A stretch of 63,947 nucleotides of DNA, filler included, from Perkinsus chesapeaki ATCC PRA-425 (lineage: Eukaryota; Protista; Perkinsozoa): NCBI GenBank assembly GCA_013115145.1. It is 17 parts of 17 records of this genome, joined end to end, with 100 filler letters (N's around TTAATTAATTAA, not from the genome) between each part and the next. Parts side by side here need not be neighbours in the genome. Positions count along the whole stretch, not along the records: positions 17,435 to 24,792 come from JAAPAO010001035.1; positions 24,893 to 26,751 come from JAAPAO010001756.1; positions 26,852 to 27,910 come from JAAPAO010002241.1; positions 28,011 to 36,146 come from JAAPAO010000989.1; 13 more parts are not named here. One strand, 5' to 3'. Under the pieces are notes generated by a model that saw only the letters and a list, made by a program, of their open reading frames with translations, searched no databases and was not told the origin of the DNA. Positions 22,042-34,905 of this stretch are shown here, piece after piece. The translations under genes and the position numbers were made by a program. Position 1 is the stretch's first letter; every line of letters begins with the position of its first letter.

Positions 22042-24286
22042 ATGAACAGTATTGATACTAGGGACGTTATAGAGAAGGATGATGTGATGATGATGAAGGA
22101 AGAAGAAGAACAGACCAAGACCGAGGTTATTCACAAAGTCGTAAGTGCTCCTAATACTCTTCCATCAGATGATGATAATGCCGTACTCCTTGTAGAAGTG
22201 TCATCTCCGTGCTAGTAATGTTGTTCGTAATTATTATTATATCCTTTCTATCGCTTAACAGTATTGATTACTAGACTTTATTGGTCGTGGTTTACTACCG
22301 TACTGTAGGTTCAACCTGGTATCTATTTATTAATCTCTAATATATCTCACTATTGATGTTTGCTGTCTTGCCGCCCTTGTCTTTACCATCTCGCTCCAGC
22401 TGTCTTATTACTTTCAGGACTCTACCGAATCAGTCATTTCCGAGACCACAGTCGCCTCCTCCTCATCCAGTGACATTGCTGCCTCACCAGTCGCCAAGGG
22501 CCCCAGTAAGTGGGATTTGAAGACTCAGACTCCTCACGGTGGACAGGTGAGAACGAGAATGCCGATTCTGGTGATGATGTTTTTTCACAGGAGTGGTCGG
22601 AGATCAGCAATCTTGTCGAGGACTTCTCCGTCACCACCAACGGTCTTGGACCGGTGCCCGAAGCGCTGGAGGCTGCTAAGGAAGCTTTGATGAGTAAGCG
22701 TCGAATTTCGTGGCGAAGTGACGATGTTGTTCAGCTATTGAGCACTACCCTCCTAGCGACTTTGAGCCTGCCATCACCGATCTCGCCAAGTTTCTGTCAC
22801 CCGAGGACTGGGTTGACATGCGCTCGAGGCTGCTGTTGGGAAATGGAGCCAGTGAGATGATTGATATGATATCTAGATTGGCACCTAAGGGACCTTGGAG
22901 ACCTGGTAAGGGTTGGAAGGAATCTTTCAGCCGTTTCAGATTCTAGCCTTGGAAGGCTTATTTTAATCATTTTTACCGCTCTATCAGTGGCTGCTGGTAT
23001 CCTCTTCAATATTCACGACGGTTCCCTAGCCGATACTTCTATTGTATACCCGTTTTAATACTTTTCACATTCGCATTTTCAAAAAGCATAATGATATTTT
23101 TCTTTGTTTCGTTCAGTTATTCTCGATCAGGTCCATTCGTAACCCAATACCAGGAGTATCGTCGCTCAGCCAAGAATGCCGGCCGTGTTGAGCTTGATTG
23201 GTCCGATGTCGATGGTGGTGCCAAACTCACCAGTATCGTCAACCCCTGCAACCCGACAGGCGACTACATGCACGTTGAGGAGATCAAAAAGTAAGCAAAT
23301 TTAGTTTTAATTATTTTACGTTTTCCTAGGTACATCTCCGAAATGTGTGAGGATAACAGTTGGGTGGTGGTTGATGAGTCTATGCAGCCATGGGCTGGTC
23401 CAGAGTGGCGTGAAGACTCTCTTACCAGTCAGAAGGAATGGATTCAGGAAATGCAAAGGAGCAGAGGGATAAGTGTAGGTCTACCGGCATCCACTGATAT
23501 TACTGTTGGTTATCGATTCAAAAAGGGTTCCTGTTGTGCCATCTTATTTGCTTGAATTGTCTCCTCCTCCTCGAGCGCATAAATTGTATTAAGAGGTGTA
23601 ATAGATGCCCCCTATATAGCATATACATATACTAGTGTATTACTTAATTAACTGTTCCTCAGGTATATGTCATCCACTCATGGACTAAGATCTGGGCCTG
23701 TCCTGGCGTCAGGTTAGGATCTATTGTATGTCCGACTGCCGAGGACGCCAGTGCTATCAAAAAGATGCAGGTAAACAGCAGCAGCAGCAGTTGGTGCATC
23801 GTCAGTGTAATTATTTGTCTTGATCAGGTGCCATGGTCTGTAAATGTTATGGCTCTTGCTTATCTTGATGGTTGTTGTAAAGCTGAGGAGTATATGACCA
23901 ACACCTGGGAGTGCACTGTCGAGTGGAGAGCCTTCATCACGGATAGGCTTGAACACCTTCACTTCCCAGGTATCCATGTTACCACTCCTCCTTTATAACA
24001 CTATATTAGGTATGTATGGTGAACGTTGGTCCTCTTGGATTTGGATCGATACTGGCTCTGAGCAGCTAGCTGAGAGTATTGTTGATGAGTGCAAGGCTGC
24101 TGGTGTTCCTATTAGATGGGGAAAGTTTGGGTAAGAAAACTTCACAGGTCTGTAATTTACTGTTTTTCTATCAGTTATTGCATGCCTACCTTCATCCGTC
24201 TCGGTGTCCGTAAGCCGTCCAGTGCCAAGGTCCTGGTGGAGACTATTGATAGGGTTGTTGGGGATTACCGTGCGTCGACGATGTGA
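22042..24286 (+). CDS. Multi-exon PLP-dependent fold-type I enzyme, CobD (threonine-phosphate decarboxylase)/HisC-like
   Basis: Spliced motifs PHGGQ|..DFSVTTNGLGP, HYPPSDFEP, LLLGNGASEMIDMI, IVNPCNPTG, VVVDESM, HSWTKIWACPGVRLG (PLP lysine), PWSVNVMA, FIRLGVR; stop TGA 24284-24286. Confidence 0.85.
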
Positions 24287-24699
24287 AGGACTGCTTCGCT
24301 CCGGGAAGGAAAATGTTAATAATAAATACCCAGAAGAGATAATCGTTCCTTTGAATGTCCAACAGCAGTGTCTGTTGGCCTTCTTAGTTTTTCCTGTCTC
24401 TGTTGTATATATTTTTATTGGAAGTGCTTCCTTCAAATTGAGTGATTTTAGTTATAGTCTTGGAGCGGAACGGGTATGATCTTAACTTGCTGTGAGTCTT
24501 GCACCCTTCAACCTAAGATACGCCTGATTTGACAACCACTCGACTGACATGCGTATGAAATATAAGATGTGCAACATCAATCGATTAATATTCTCTTCGT
24601 AGAGCAGCTTATATGACCGGCTCCTAGAGTCCTAGGTCAGAACCTTATAGGCAGTGTCAAATAACCCTGCTCTAACTACACCATTTCAAGATCTAATCA

Positions 24700-24792
24700 G
24701 TAAAAGCCAAGATTAGTATAGCCAAGACCAAATTAATATAGCCCAGAACAAATTAGTAAAAACCCAGAACAAATTAATATTGCCTAGAACAA
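24700..24792. repeat. Degenerate ~20-bp tandem repeat at contig end
   Basis: Units like CCCAGAACAAATTARTA repeated about 4 times. Confidence 0.6.
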
Positions 24793-25479
24793 NNNNNNNN
24801 NNNNNNNNNNNNNNNNNNNNNNNNNNNNNNNNNNNNTTAATTAATTAANNNNNNNNNNNNNNNNNNNNNNNNNNNNNNNNNNNNNNNNNNNNGTAATGCT
24901 GAGTCAAGTTATACCGGCTTCTCCACGGATAGGCTAAGGCCTCCCGTGGGCCCTTCACAATCATCTTACTTTTCCTTATATTATTACAAGAATTGATAAC
25001 TGATGTACCACATGTATCCTTTGTAGGTGGTTTAGCTATATAATAAGCTATTATTAGATAACTCAATCATAGTTTACCATCCTCCTTTTCATTGTTTAAC
25101 ATCATCCTTTTAACATCCATCTTGATAGGATGCTGATGAATATTGGCAAAGTACAGGTGAAAAGCATTAAGGAATACTAAGTTAGCTAAGTGAGCAAGAT
25201 TTGTGTCTCTCCCACCACCGCCGCCCATACTCTTGAGATAATGCATTGTAAAGAAGGCGAAGGTGGTGATGATGATGATGTTCATAGTTATGTTAAATCG
25301 GTAAGGTTATGTTATAATGTATAAATAATAATAATATAGGTTGTAATACATATTAACGATGATAATAATATAAGTGGATATTGGTTATATGATGTATGGG
25401 ATAAAATACTGTTAACTTTAAATAATATATATTATAAATATCTTAATAGGAATAATAATAAAGAAATAATTAAAATAAT

Positions 25480-26670
25480 AAACACAACTGTTAATCATCC
25501 AGAATATAATAACGTTACGTGGACTAATGGTGTATGTACATCCAAATATACAATATGGACATTTATACCAAAAAACTTATACTATCAATTACATTTATTT
25601 GCTAATATATATTTTTTATGTGCATCTATATTACAAATGATACCTGATATAAGTGATTCTGGTGGTAGACCTTTATTATTAATACCATTATTATTTGTTA
25701 TTATTGTGGCTGCATTTCGTGATTTGATGGAGGATATTAAAAGACATAATAATGATAAATATGAGAATAAAAGAACTGTTGAAAAATATCATATACCAAA
25801 ATATGATAATGTTATACATAATAAGGGTTCTAATTTATCTGACACCTCTAGCTGTGATAACTATATAAATACTGTATATTGGGATGAATTGAATGTTGGT
25901 GATGTTGTTAGAGTTAAAGCTGGTGATGATTTCCCTGCTGATCTAATATTACTTGGTTGTGATGATCCTAGTGGTATGGTATTTGTTGAGACTATGAATC
26001 TCGATGGTGAAACTAATCTTAAACCAAAAATAACTATACCAACATTACAAAAATCATTATTACAATATAATAATATAAAAAATGGTATAATAAGTATTAA
26101 TGCTAAATTATCGTATGAACCACCAAATCCGCAATTATATAAATTTGATGGACAAATAATATATGATGGTATATCATTACCTTTAAGTATAGATCAATTA
26201 TTATTAAGAGGATCATCATTACAATCCTGTATAGGATATTGTTATGGTGTTGTTGTTTATACTGGTATGAACACTAGAATATATCGTAATTCATCCGAGA
26301 CTGGTAATAGTAAGGTATAGTATTATCTTATAATATATACTTTAGGTACTGGTAGGAATAAGATAAGTAAATTAATGCAATGTTATAATAAACATGTTAT
26401 ATTATTATTTACATTACAAGGTATTATATGTTTAATATCATCTGTAACACATGGCTGGATATATGCTAATAATCAAACATCTCATTGGTATAACTTAATA
26501 ATATCATCATAATACATAAACATCTTAATAGGTATATCGGATATTCATCATCATCATCGTCTGCATCTTTATCTAATATTGATGCTAGTGATATTATATC
26601 AAGATCGATACGTGTTGCTGGATCATTATTACTACAATTCACTTATTTTGTACCTATATCATTATTAGTA
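25480..26670 (+). CDS. P4-type ATPase (phospholipid flippase), N-terminal/actuator part only
   Basis: TSKYTIWTFIPKNL..FANIYFL, RDLMEDIKRH, VGDVVRV..FPADLILL..FVETMNLDGETNLK (DGET), EPPNPQLYKFDG, LLLRGSSL, GVVVYTG, FVPISLL; very AT-rich codon usage. Confidence 0.92.
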
Positions 26671-29666
26671 ATAATATATCAATACAGTCTGGTCAAAAAA
26701 ATTGTCCAGCGCCGATCTGAATGTGATGTAGATCGAGTCTGAGGATGAAAANNNNNNNNNNNNNNNNNNNNNNNNNNNNNNNNNNNNNNNNNNNNTTAAT
26801 TAATTAANNNNNNNNNNNNNNNNNNNNNNNNNNNNNNNNNNNNNNNNNNNNGATCGAGCAACAGTTGCTAAACAAGAAGACTTCCTTCGTGGACTCTTCG
26901 GTGACTATGAACAACTGACACCAACTAAATCGAGAACCACAAGTACCGACAGTCTGAAGACCCGCTGTTGTTTTATCATAATCGATTTTAGGTATTTCGT
27001 CATGTACTGCTCCGAGTTCGGTGTTGAGCGATGATTAATGTCAAATGTCAATGAAGTTGCATAATTGATTCTTATCCATTCTCTCCTACATATTTTATTA
27101 TCTGATTATATTCTACTCCTACGGAGGAATGCTGATGTTTTTCGATGATTGCAATCTGAAAGGGAGTGAAGCGTCACTGGATAACTCTATGTATCTTTGG
27201 TTCAAGTATTCAAGGTTCACTCAGCCGGCTCGGAGTGGGTGACTAAATCCGGAAAAGTGGTTTTACTGCAACTCGGAACCGCCTCCGAAATAGACCAAGT
27301 ACAAGTTTGTCGAAGTTATTTGGAGTTGCCATAACGCGAAGGGGCAAATCCGTAATTCAGTGCCAGACCTTCCTCAGCCCATGGGGATTTTTGTAATCAT
27401 CACTGAGTAATCATTCACCCTGCCGGCTCGTGTCATAGGTTCTGTGACATATACAGTATATGCCAGCAGTAATTGCTGGCAATGGCATTGGACAGGATAA
27501 CTTGCTAAAAGCCTACAGTGTTTCATGACGCTACGTGCTGGCCAAACACTGAAAAAGCGAAAGAATCGCTGCGACCTTTCTCCGTTTCTACCCACCATTA
27601 TCTAGGCACGCACTGGACAAAGGAGCATGACGCAAGTGCTGGCGTATCAAAAGCGTTATGCACAATCGAAAACTCAAGTCAAGATGTTTGTATTATCATT
27701 GTCACACCTCGCCAAAAATAGTGCCATAAATGTTACAGCAGTTTTGCCATAAAGATGTTAGTATGATAAAACCGATTAACCATACGGGCGCTAAGCTGCA
27801 AATTTGGTGCATACCGATGCAATTCGAATCTCTGTCGCGAACGTTCTCACATTCCGTGAGATCCTTAGTGGTCTCTCCCATGGTGAATATTTGCGCTTCT
27901 TATTTATTGANNNNNNNNNNNNNNNNNNNNNNNNNNNNNNNNNNNNNNNNNNNNTTAATTAATTAANNNNNNNNNNNNNNNNNNNNNNNNNNNNNNNNNN
28001 NNNNNNNNNNCAACTGAGCCTCCAGCCGGTAGCTGCAGCTAGCATTCACACCATACTATAAGACAGGCATCTCGTGGTCTAGTAGTGAACTGGCGTATTT
28101 TGGTTATTCTGTGCTCTGGTGGTGCCTTCCTTTTGACCTTGTGATGTAACTTGCTGGAGAACGATAGGTGGCTCACGTACTTTCGACGATGGTGCAGCCT
28201 AGGGAGCAGATACTTGCGGGTTGAACATTGCATTCGGTAATCATATGAGGCTCTATGGCAACAGTGGGCAGTGGTGACATCCGGCTGTGTTGGCGTCACA
28301 AGAGTAGGTAACCGGATTTTGCTTCGCTGGGCTGCCCGGTCCAGGGCGCTCTTTCCAGCGACTAGTGCTCTACTAAGCAGCCAGCGGAGAGTCAACAGCT
28401 TTGGCTTCACTGAAAACTCTTCATCTTCGACAATGCCTCCCTTCAAGAGCGTGATAATTGGCAGTCCGACTGCCGCAGGCGGCTCGGTCGATTGGTTAAG
28501 AGTTCAAGTCTTGAGCGTCTCCTTGGCAAGGAGTCCTTGACAAGATGTGACATCTCGGCAACTTTCAGCTAGACAAGCAGCCGTCGGAGTCAAGCCGCTG
28601 AGAGTACAATCTCTGGGGTGGAATTCCCCGGAAAGTCTTCAACTTGGGGTTTTAATATTCTTGAGATGCCAAAAGATAACATAAACCACGTGGAAGGCTC
28701 CTTCATCATCACCATGATTATCATTCAATTGTAAGATGAAACTATGATGTCCTTGAAAGCTTCTAGTATGCGGTTTCAAGCGGTCAAGGATTCCTCACTC
28801 GGTTTCACATTGAAAAAAAATGATTCCAATTGTTATGGCAAGTAGACTTTGTAACTTAAGCACGAGCATCACCAATGGGTCCTTGTATGTTATGATTACT
28901 CGACATTCTGTAATTTCAGAAGGTTTTTCGAAGACCCTGATTGCATAGACATGCCTTAAAAGTTTGAAGTTAAAACAAGCAAAATAGAGTAACGTGACTC
29001 AAGTTGTATGCTCGCAAACTCCATACATCATTTTTGCTGAAGTTCAGAATCTAAACACAAGTTGTTGAATCAATACGGCAAGGCGGAACCCTACTCCAGT
29101 TCGAGCGACTGGTTGCCCAGCAACTCGCGACCTGCCGCGACCTGCCGCGAATGATAACGCGATAACCCTTCTCTTCGTTCTAGTCGTGATGTACTGCAAG
29201 AAGTAGTGCATGGGTTTACCTTTTGACTGAACATGCGTGAGGAGAGTTTATCCTCTGTATCTATGCTATGGGTGCTCAAGACTCTTGAGTCAAGAGCATA
29301 TGAAGCGGCCAACCCCACCATGAAAGTTTCACTTCGCCAGATCGAGGGAGGAGTTCAAGCAGGATGGCATGGCCCTTCGTATCTCGAAACTGAAAAGTAT
29401 AGTACAGGTGTAGGTGTTATGGCCCTTGTTAATGTGTCGCCGATGAACTGGCTAGATCTTACCGTTTCATATTCATGCGCCCGATGTCGCCCATCGAAGT
29501 GGAATCAATATTTTGAAGTGCAAACTTGACTTAGAATAGAATGATGATAAGCGGATTGAGCTTGCGAATGTAGCGGCTGTGAAATCTCCAGAGATTAAGG
29601 GAGTACCGCACGCACACCCCAAATAATTTCAGACACAATGCACGAAACAAAGATATTGGATTTGCA

Positions 29667-30260
29667 CTACATTGAAGCACCCTCCATAGGGGCATCTTCT
29701 GACTGAAGATTCATAACAAATACGATGTGTTGGTCGGGCACGGCTCGTTGTCGAGCTGAGCCTGGTTCAACCATAACGTCACCAAATAGTGACAGGTAGC
29801 TCTTGAACGGCTCTGCAATGAGCCGAGAAGGATTTGCCTCCTGTGCGATGGGAATCGATACAAAAGTCGATATTTGTGGCTCAAAAAAGAGAGCAATTGG
29901 CGAGAACCGGTACGGATCTGTGAATGATCTGAGCTGGTCGCCAGACATCGTACAGGATGTGGCGAAGACTGCCACTAGACGCAGATTGCGTCGTACAATC
30001 ACCATAGTGATTGAAAGATTAAACTCTCGAACAAAAGAGAGTGCTGATATCTGACTCACGGGTTCCCCACCATTCATACAAACATTATCTAGCCGCCAAG
30101 AGATCGTCTCGCCCTGTTTGAGATGGGCATTTAAAAAAAGTTGTAGTAATGCTAGTATAGCAGGATGGCCGTGACGGTCTAACCTGAGTAATGATAATCT
30201 TAACCAGCGCCCATCACGTGCGTGGATTTGCACTGCGGTACTTCCTCTATGCTGAAACAT
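29667..30260 (-). CDS. Hypothetical protein (197-codon ORF), no family recognised
   Basis: ORF length and ordinary composition only. Confidence 0.3.
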   Translation of the reverse strand: MFQHRGSTAVQIHARDGRWLRLSLLRLDRHGHPAILALLQLFLNAHLKQGETISWRLDNVCMNGGEPVSQISALSFVREFNLSITMVIVRRNLRLVAVFATSCTMSGDQLRSFTDPYRFSPIALFFEPQISTFVSIPIAQEANPSRLIAEPFKSYLSLFGDVMVEPGSARQRAVPDQHIVFVMNLQSEDAPMEGASM

Positions 30261-30926
30261 TCTACTGAGAGTTAAATAGAAGATACTGCATGCTACTGTT
30301 GCCGTAGCGATTAACCTAACGCTATTCGAAGACTTTGCTATTGTCTTCTAAATGACTTATTAACAATAAGCTTCGAGAATCTGGAAGCTAGAGGATCAAA
30401 CTGGTGCGAACTGGCGTTTGACCAGCAGCTAGTCAGTGACTAGTAGTCACGATAGGCTAATATTGGCTTAGTTCAATTGGGGCAGTTGATTGATGATTCA
30501 TTATTGATAACGCTTCCAATGAGAGGCCGCATAGACCTCGGATAGACCTTGTGAATAACATGCATCTAGTGGTCGGAACCTGTTTATTTGAGTCAAGAGT
30601 ATCAGTTTTATGCGCTCAGACTGCGCAACTCACGCCGATGAGCAGGACCGTGAGTCCGACGGTGAAACGGCAGTGGCGCTCCCTCAGCTCGAGGGGGCCC
30701 GAATGCCTCTTAGGCATTGCCTAAGGGTCGATAAGCCCAAATGGATCTGCGCGGTGGCAGAGTCAGTACGGACCTGTGTATAGTCTGAGCTGGCCGCCGC
30801 AGATAAACTGAGAAGAGTCGCCGGAGACAGATCGAGAGCAGATGCAGTTTTGCCACTGTGACAAGATTGAATCTCCGTTGAACGGAGTTAGTCACAAACA
30901 TTGTGACTACGCAGCGCGATTCGGGC

Positions 30927-32529
30927 CAGTGTGTTCGATTTTGATAGTCCAAAATGAAAAAACTTCATAATTTCACCAATTCAGAGGCTAAGAACATGAA
31001 ACTTTCGTGAATGGTAAGTCTCAGGCATGAGAAAACACTTTATGTGTATTCTTGTAATCGATCACGAACCGTTAGAGTTAGGGCGAGCGAGATTTTTTAC
31101 ACCTCTGCGCGCTGTCCAAATTCGATAGTCCAAAGTTACTTTGAACACACATGGGACTCGGCAAGCTCCTCACGGATGGAGAGCGTTCTACTATTGTTAC
31201 ACTACTCGCACAGGGAAAGTCTAAAAAAGAGATCGCCAATGAACTAGGCCGATCTGAACGCACGATCACGAGGTATTTAGCTAACCCAAGCCATCGCTAC
31301 TCGCGACCAAAGGGTAGCTATAAGAACTCTGTTACCGAGCGTGAGAAAAGGTCTCTGAAGAGGGCTATGTCCAAGAACCCTCTGGGGACCAGCAGAGAGA
31401 TTTTTCAAGAAGCTGGCGTGAAAGAAAGGGCCCGGTCTACCAGATGCGCAGTGTTGGCAACAGTGGGAAAAGTTAGAAAAGCTATAGCCAAGCCTCCGCT
31501 AACGAAGGCACACAGGGATCGCAGGCTGGCATGGGCTAGCGAAAACATGAAGACAGAGTTTAAGTATGTGATTTGGACGGACGAAGCACGCGTTAGCTTA
31601 GATGGCCCGGATGGCTGGGCGCGCGGCTGGATAGCTGACGGCAGTCCCATACCGTCGCGCAATAAACGCCAGCAGGGTGGAGGAGGGTTGATGATCTGGG
31701 TGGGAATGGTAGATGGACGAGTTATCGGACCAGTACGGATGAAGCCTGGCGTAAAACTCAACTCGGAGAAGTAGGTCACTCGCTCACAGTAAAACACAAG
31801 GCAACCTCGATGTAGGTACACAGAATTGCTGGAAGACAGCCTGTTCTCCTGGCTGAAAAAGGAGCCCTTGTCTCAGCGAAGAAAGTATATACTGCAGCAG
31901 GATAATGCTCCGTCACATGTGTCGAAATATACCTTAAGTTTCCTGGACAAAAAAGGTTTTAAGGAGCACAGAAGGCTCCCATGGCCTAGCAATTCGCCAG
32001 ATCTCAATCCAGTAGAGAACTACTGGTCCATCTTGAAGAGGTACTCATAGTATGAGTCTCATACAGCCAGTATAATGACATGCTTTGTAATACTCATCGT
32101 AGGAAAATCTATGCCAATAACAAGCAGTTTGACGACCTTGAATCCCTGTGGAGTGCAGTTAAGACTGCTGCCGGAGCTATCAGCGTTGATGAGGTGAAAA
32201 ACCTCACCAATACTGTCGACAAGCGACTAGGAAAGCTCCTTGTCTCACGTGGTGGGCATATAAAAGCATGAGAGATAACATGTTACTAGTTATAGTTCCT
32301 TTCTATGACATGTGAGTTGAGTTGACTATCGAATTTGGACAGCGCGCAGAGGTGTAAAAAATCTCGCTCGCCCTAACTCTGTAACGGTTCGTGATCGATT
32401 ATAAGAAGACACATAAAATGCTTTCTCATGCTTGGAACTTATCATTCTCGAACGTTTCATTTTCTTAGTCCCTGAATTGATGAAATTACGAAGTTTTCTC
32501 ATTATGGACTATCAAAATCGAACACACTG
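30927..32529 (+). mobile_element. Tc1/mariner-superfamily DNA transposon, DD37E type, 1603 bp, ~205-bp imperfect TIRs
   Basis: TIRs 30927-31130 and 32324-32529 (CAGTGTGTTCGATTTTGATAGTCCA.. / ..TGGACTATCAAAATCGAACACACTG); TA follows the right end, but the left end is preceded by GGC. Confidence 0.93.
31151..32271 (+). CDS. DD37E transposase, 337 aa after splicing (exons 31151-31770, 31816-32040, 32103-32271)
   Basis: N-terminal HTH; WTDEARVSLDGPDGW, QQGGGGLMIW, QQDNAPSH..37 aa..WPSNSPDLNPVEN; removing GT-AG introns of 45 and 62 nt restores one open frame. Confidence 0.9.
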
Positions 32530-34905
32530 TAGATCTAGTTGCGGAGCAGCGGCTGAGCGCGTACTCTACACTGTAGAGGGACTGGTACCCAGCTCATGAT
32601 TTATAGCACTGATTTGATCTCAAACTAAGAGGGCTCCTCAGAGAGGCTAGACAGTACTCTCAGAGTACTACGCTGCATGTGTAAAGGGCTACATCAATGA
32701 AGTGGCTCATACAGGCCAGGATCTGGGCGCCAGGCACTGTGCAGAACGTGCGGGGCTAGCATGAATGGAATGACATACCGACCGAGTAACGGCTCGCATA
32801 GACTAGGTACTATGCAGAGCGCACAGTAACCCATATAAGACACACACACTGTGCAGGCAGCTCACTGACCATGGTACAGTGTAGAATGAGTGGGTGATTA
32901 GAAACTTCCCTGATACATCGGTCGGGGAAGTACCGAACCGGTACTTGATACATCGTCTATACCCGTGAATCACGGGCCGTGATTCGGTGAGCTCAACTAC
33001 AATTAGGACTAGGTTATTCCAACGAAAAATACCGTGAACACCAGCAGGGTTCCGTTCAGCAAGTTGCTTTGAGTCACAGCCTGTGACCCTATTGTGGGTT
33101 TGAGGAGGAGATCAAAGAGCGACCTTCGCAAGATTGTGCGATATTGAGAAGCCTTCGTCACTGAGGCCCTCAGTCTGAGGGCCTGAAGCTCAGTCAGTAA
33201 GCTGATGAAAGAGCCTCGGTGTCGAGATGGGCCCTGAAGTCGGCGCGTACAGTCCCGCGCGGCGTGAAGTACTTACAACAAGAGGGAGCAAGGTGAGGTG
33301 CAATGGTTCAAAACGGCAACATATCAGGAAAACAGCTTCTTGCGTGCTTGTGCTCCACATGAAACCTCGTCCCGTTGGGAGGCCGAACTGCCATTATACG
33401 CTAGTAGAAGTGTTTGCAGAATACTTCCGGTACGGTTATTCAGTATGAACAAACAAACTCCGAGTTTGAAACTCGTGTTGCGTTCAGCCACAGTTTGGGA
33501 CCTTGGCGACCATGCCTCATTGTCTAGGATACAGTACTCACCTAGTACTTACCCGAGTTCGATAAGCCCTCATTTGTTGCCAGGCCGCGCGCTGGCCGGG
33601 TCCTGTCACAGGACCAGGACTCCTGTGACTGAGCCAGAAACGGAGCACACTTTGCATGACGAATCTGGCAACATATGCCAATAAAAGACAACGCCAGTGG
33701 CATTGCGCCACGAACAAAGCTCAAATATCCGAATACTTCACCTCGGACGGAAAGGGTTTGAAGCAAAAACACTGAGCGTGGAAGTCACCTCCACCGTGGA
33801 AGTTCCACGAGAGTGTGTGTTGTACTGCGCAAGTCACTGTAAATTACACAATTAGCACCCGGCCCTGTGGCTGCTTCACACGAGAGAGCGGGATTGGGCG
33901 ATGTCAAGGCATCACTGACCTAAAGGCTCTTGGAAAGTCGCAACGCCCACCTTGTAGAGTTTATCACTGATAGACTATTCAGGCCCAGTTATAGCAATAA
34001 CTGTGGGCGTTCAAGACTGTCATCGCAACCGTTGCCAAACGACATACTTGGCGATGACAATGTCATGGCATCATTCAATAGAATGGCTTTCCAATAATTC
34101 CAGGCAGTACCTGGAATAATGATGTGCCTGGCAGGCACATCATTATTCCTCCCGCACTCCCGTGTTCGATGGGATTTTATGCCTATGAAACCCACGTCAC
34201 GCAGTTAGACAGTGCAATGCTCCATCACGTGGTGCGACGCAGATACATACAATCGTGAATAGCTTACTCATCGTACATAGTCACAAACCACGAAACAGAC
34301 GCACAACTGCACCCGAATTGAAAACTCTCTTCACGATATTATCCTGATCACCCTGGTCGGTCTTTGTAATGTGGCAGTGCTATTGAACGATGGACTGGCT
34401 TCTTCGGGAGTCTCGGACCGGGACAGTCCCGATCAGGCCAATCGGGGCATTGGGATTGTCCTCGAATTTCGGCCAGACTGTCTCTTATTTTGTGGTAATA
34501 ATAGAGGATCTTCAACTTAGTGACGGATGACTCACATCCGCCGTAGGTTGCGCTCGATCTACTATTAATATAGAAAAATCAGCGACGGCTATAGTGAGAG
34601 CAGTAACTGCCCAGCAGTTAGCAAGTTAAGCTTTGGGTGAAAGTCGCAGACTGTGACTCGCAGCGTGATTGTCACACTATGTGACACTGACATCAAAAAA
34701 ACGACGCGGGGCACAGTTCGCATCACTCCAGCCAAGAAAACCGATACCACCACGTTATGTGGTCCACATCGAGTCGGGCTGTCTATTGTATGCGTGCCTT
34801 AGCTATTTTAGAAGCCGCTCTTCGCCTCGTCTGCATCCTTTTTACCTTTGCTCGACTCTCACATCACGTTCACAGTCACCGGTTCACTACAAGCCTTCTC
34901 TACTA

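Noticed and set aside
26852-29530. Short ORFs as transposase remnants
   Set aside because: No catalytic motif could be identified, so left unannotated.
33202-33240. Hammerhead ribozyme or C/D-box snoRNA (CTGATGA..CTGA)
   Set aside because: No stem II followed by GAAA, the C-to-D distance is too short, and there is no terminal stem.
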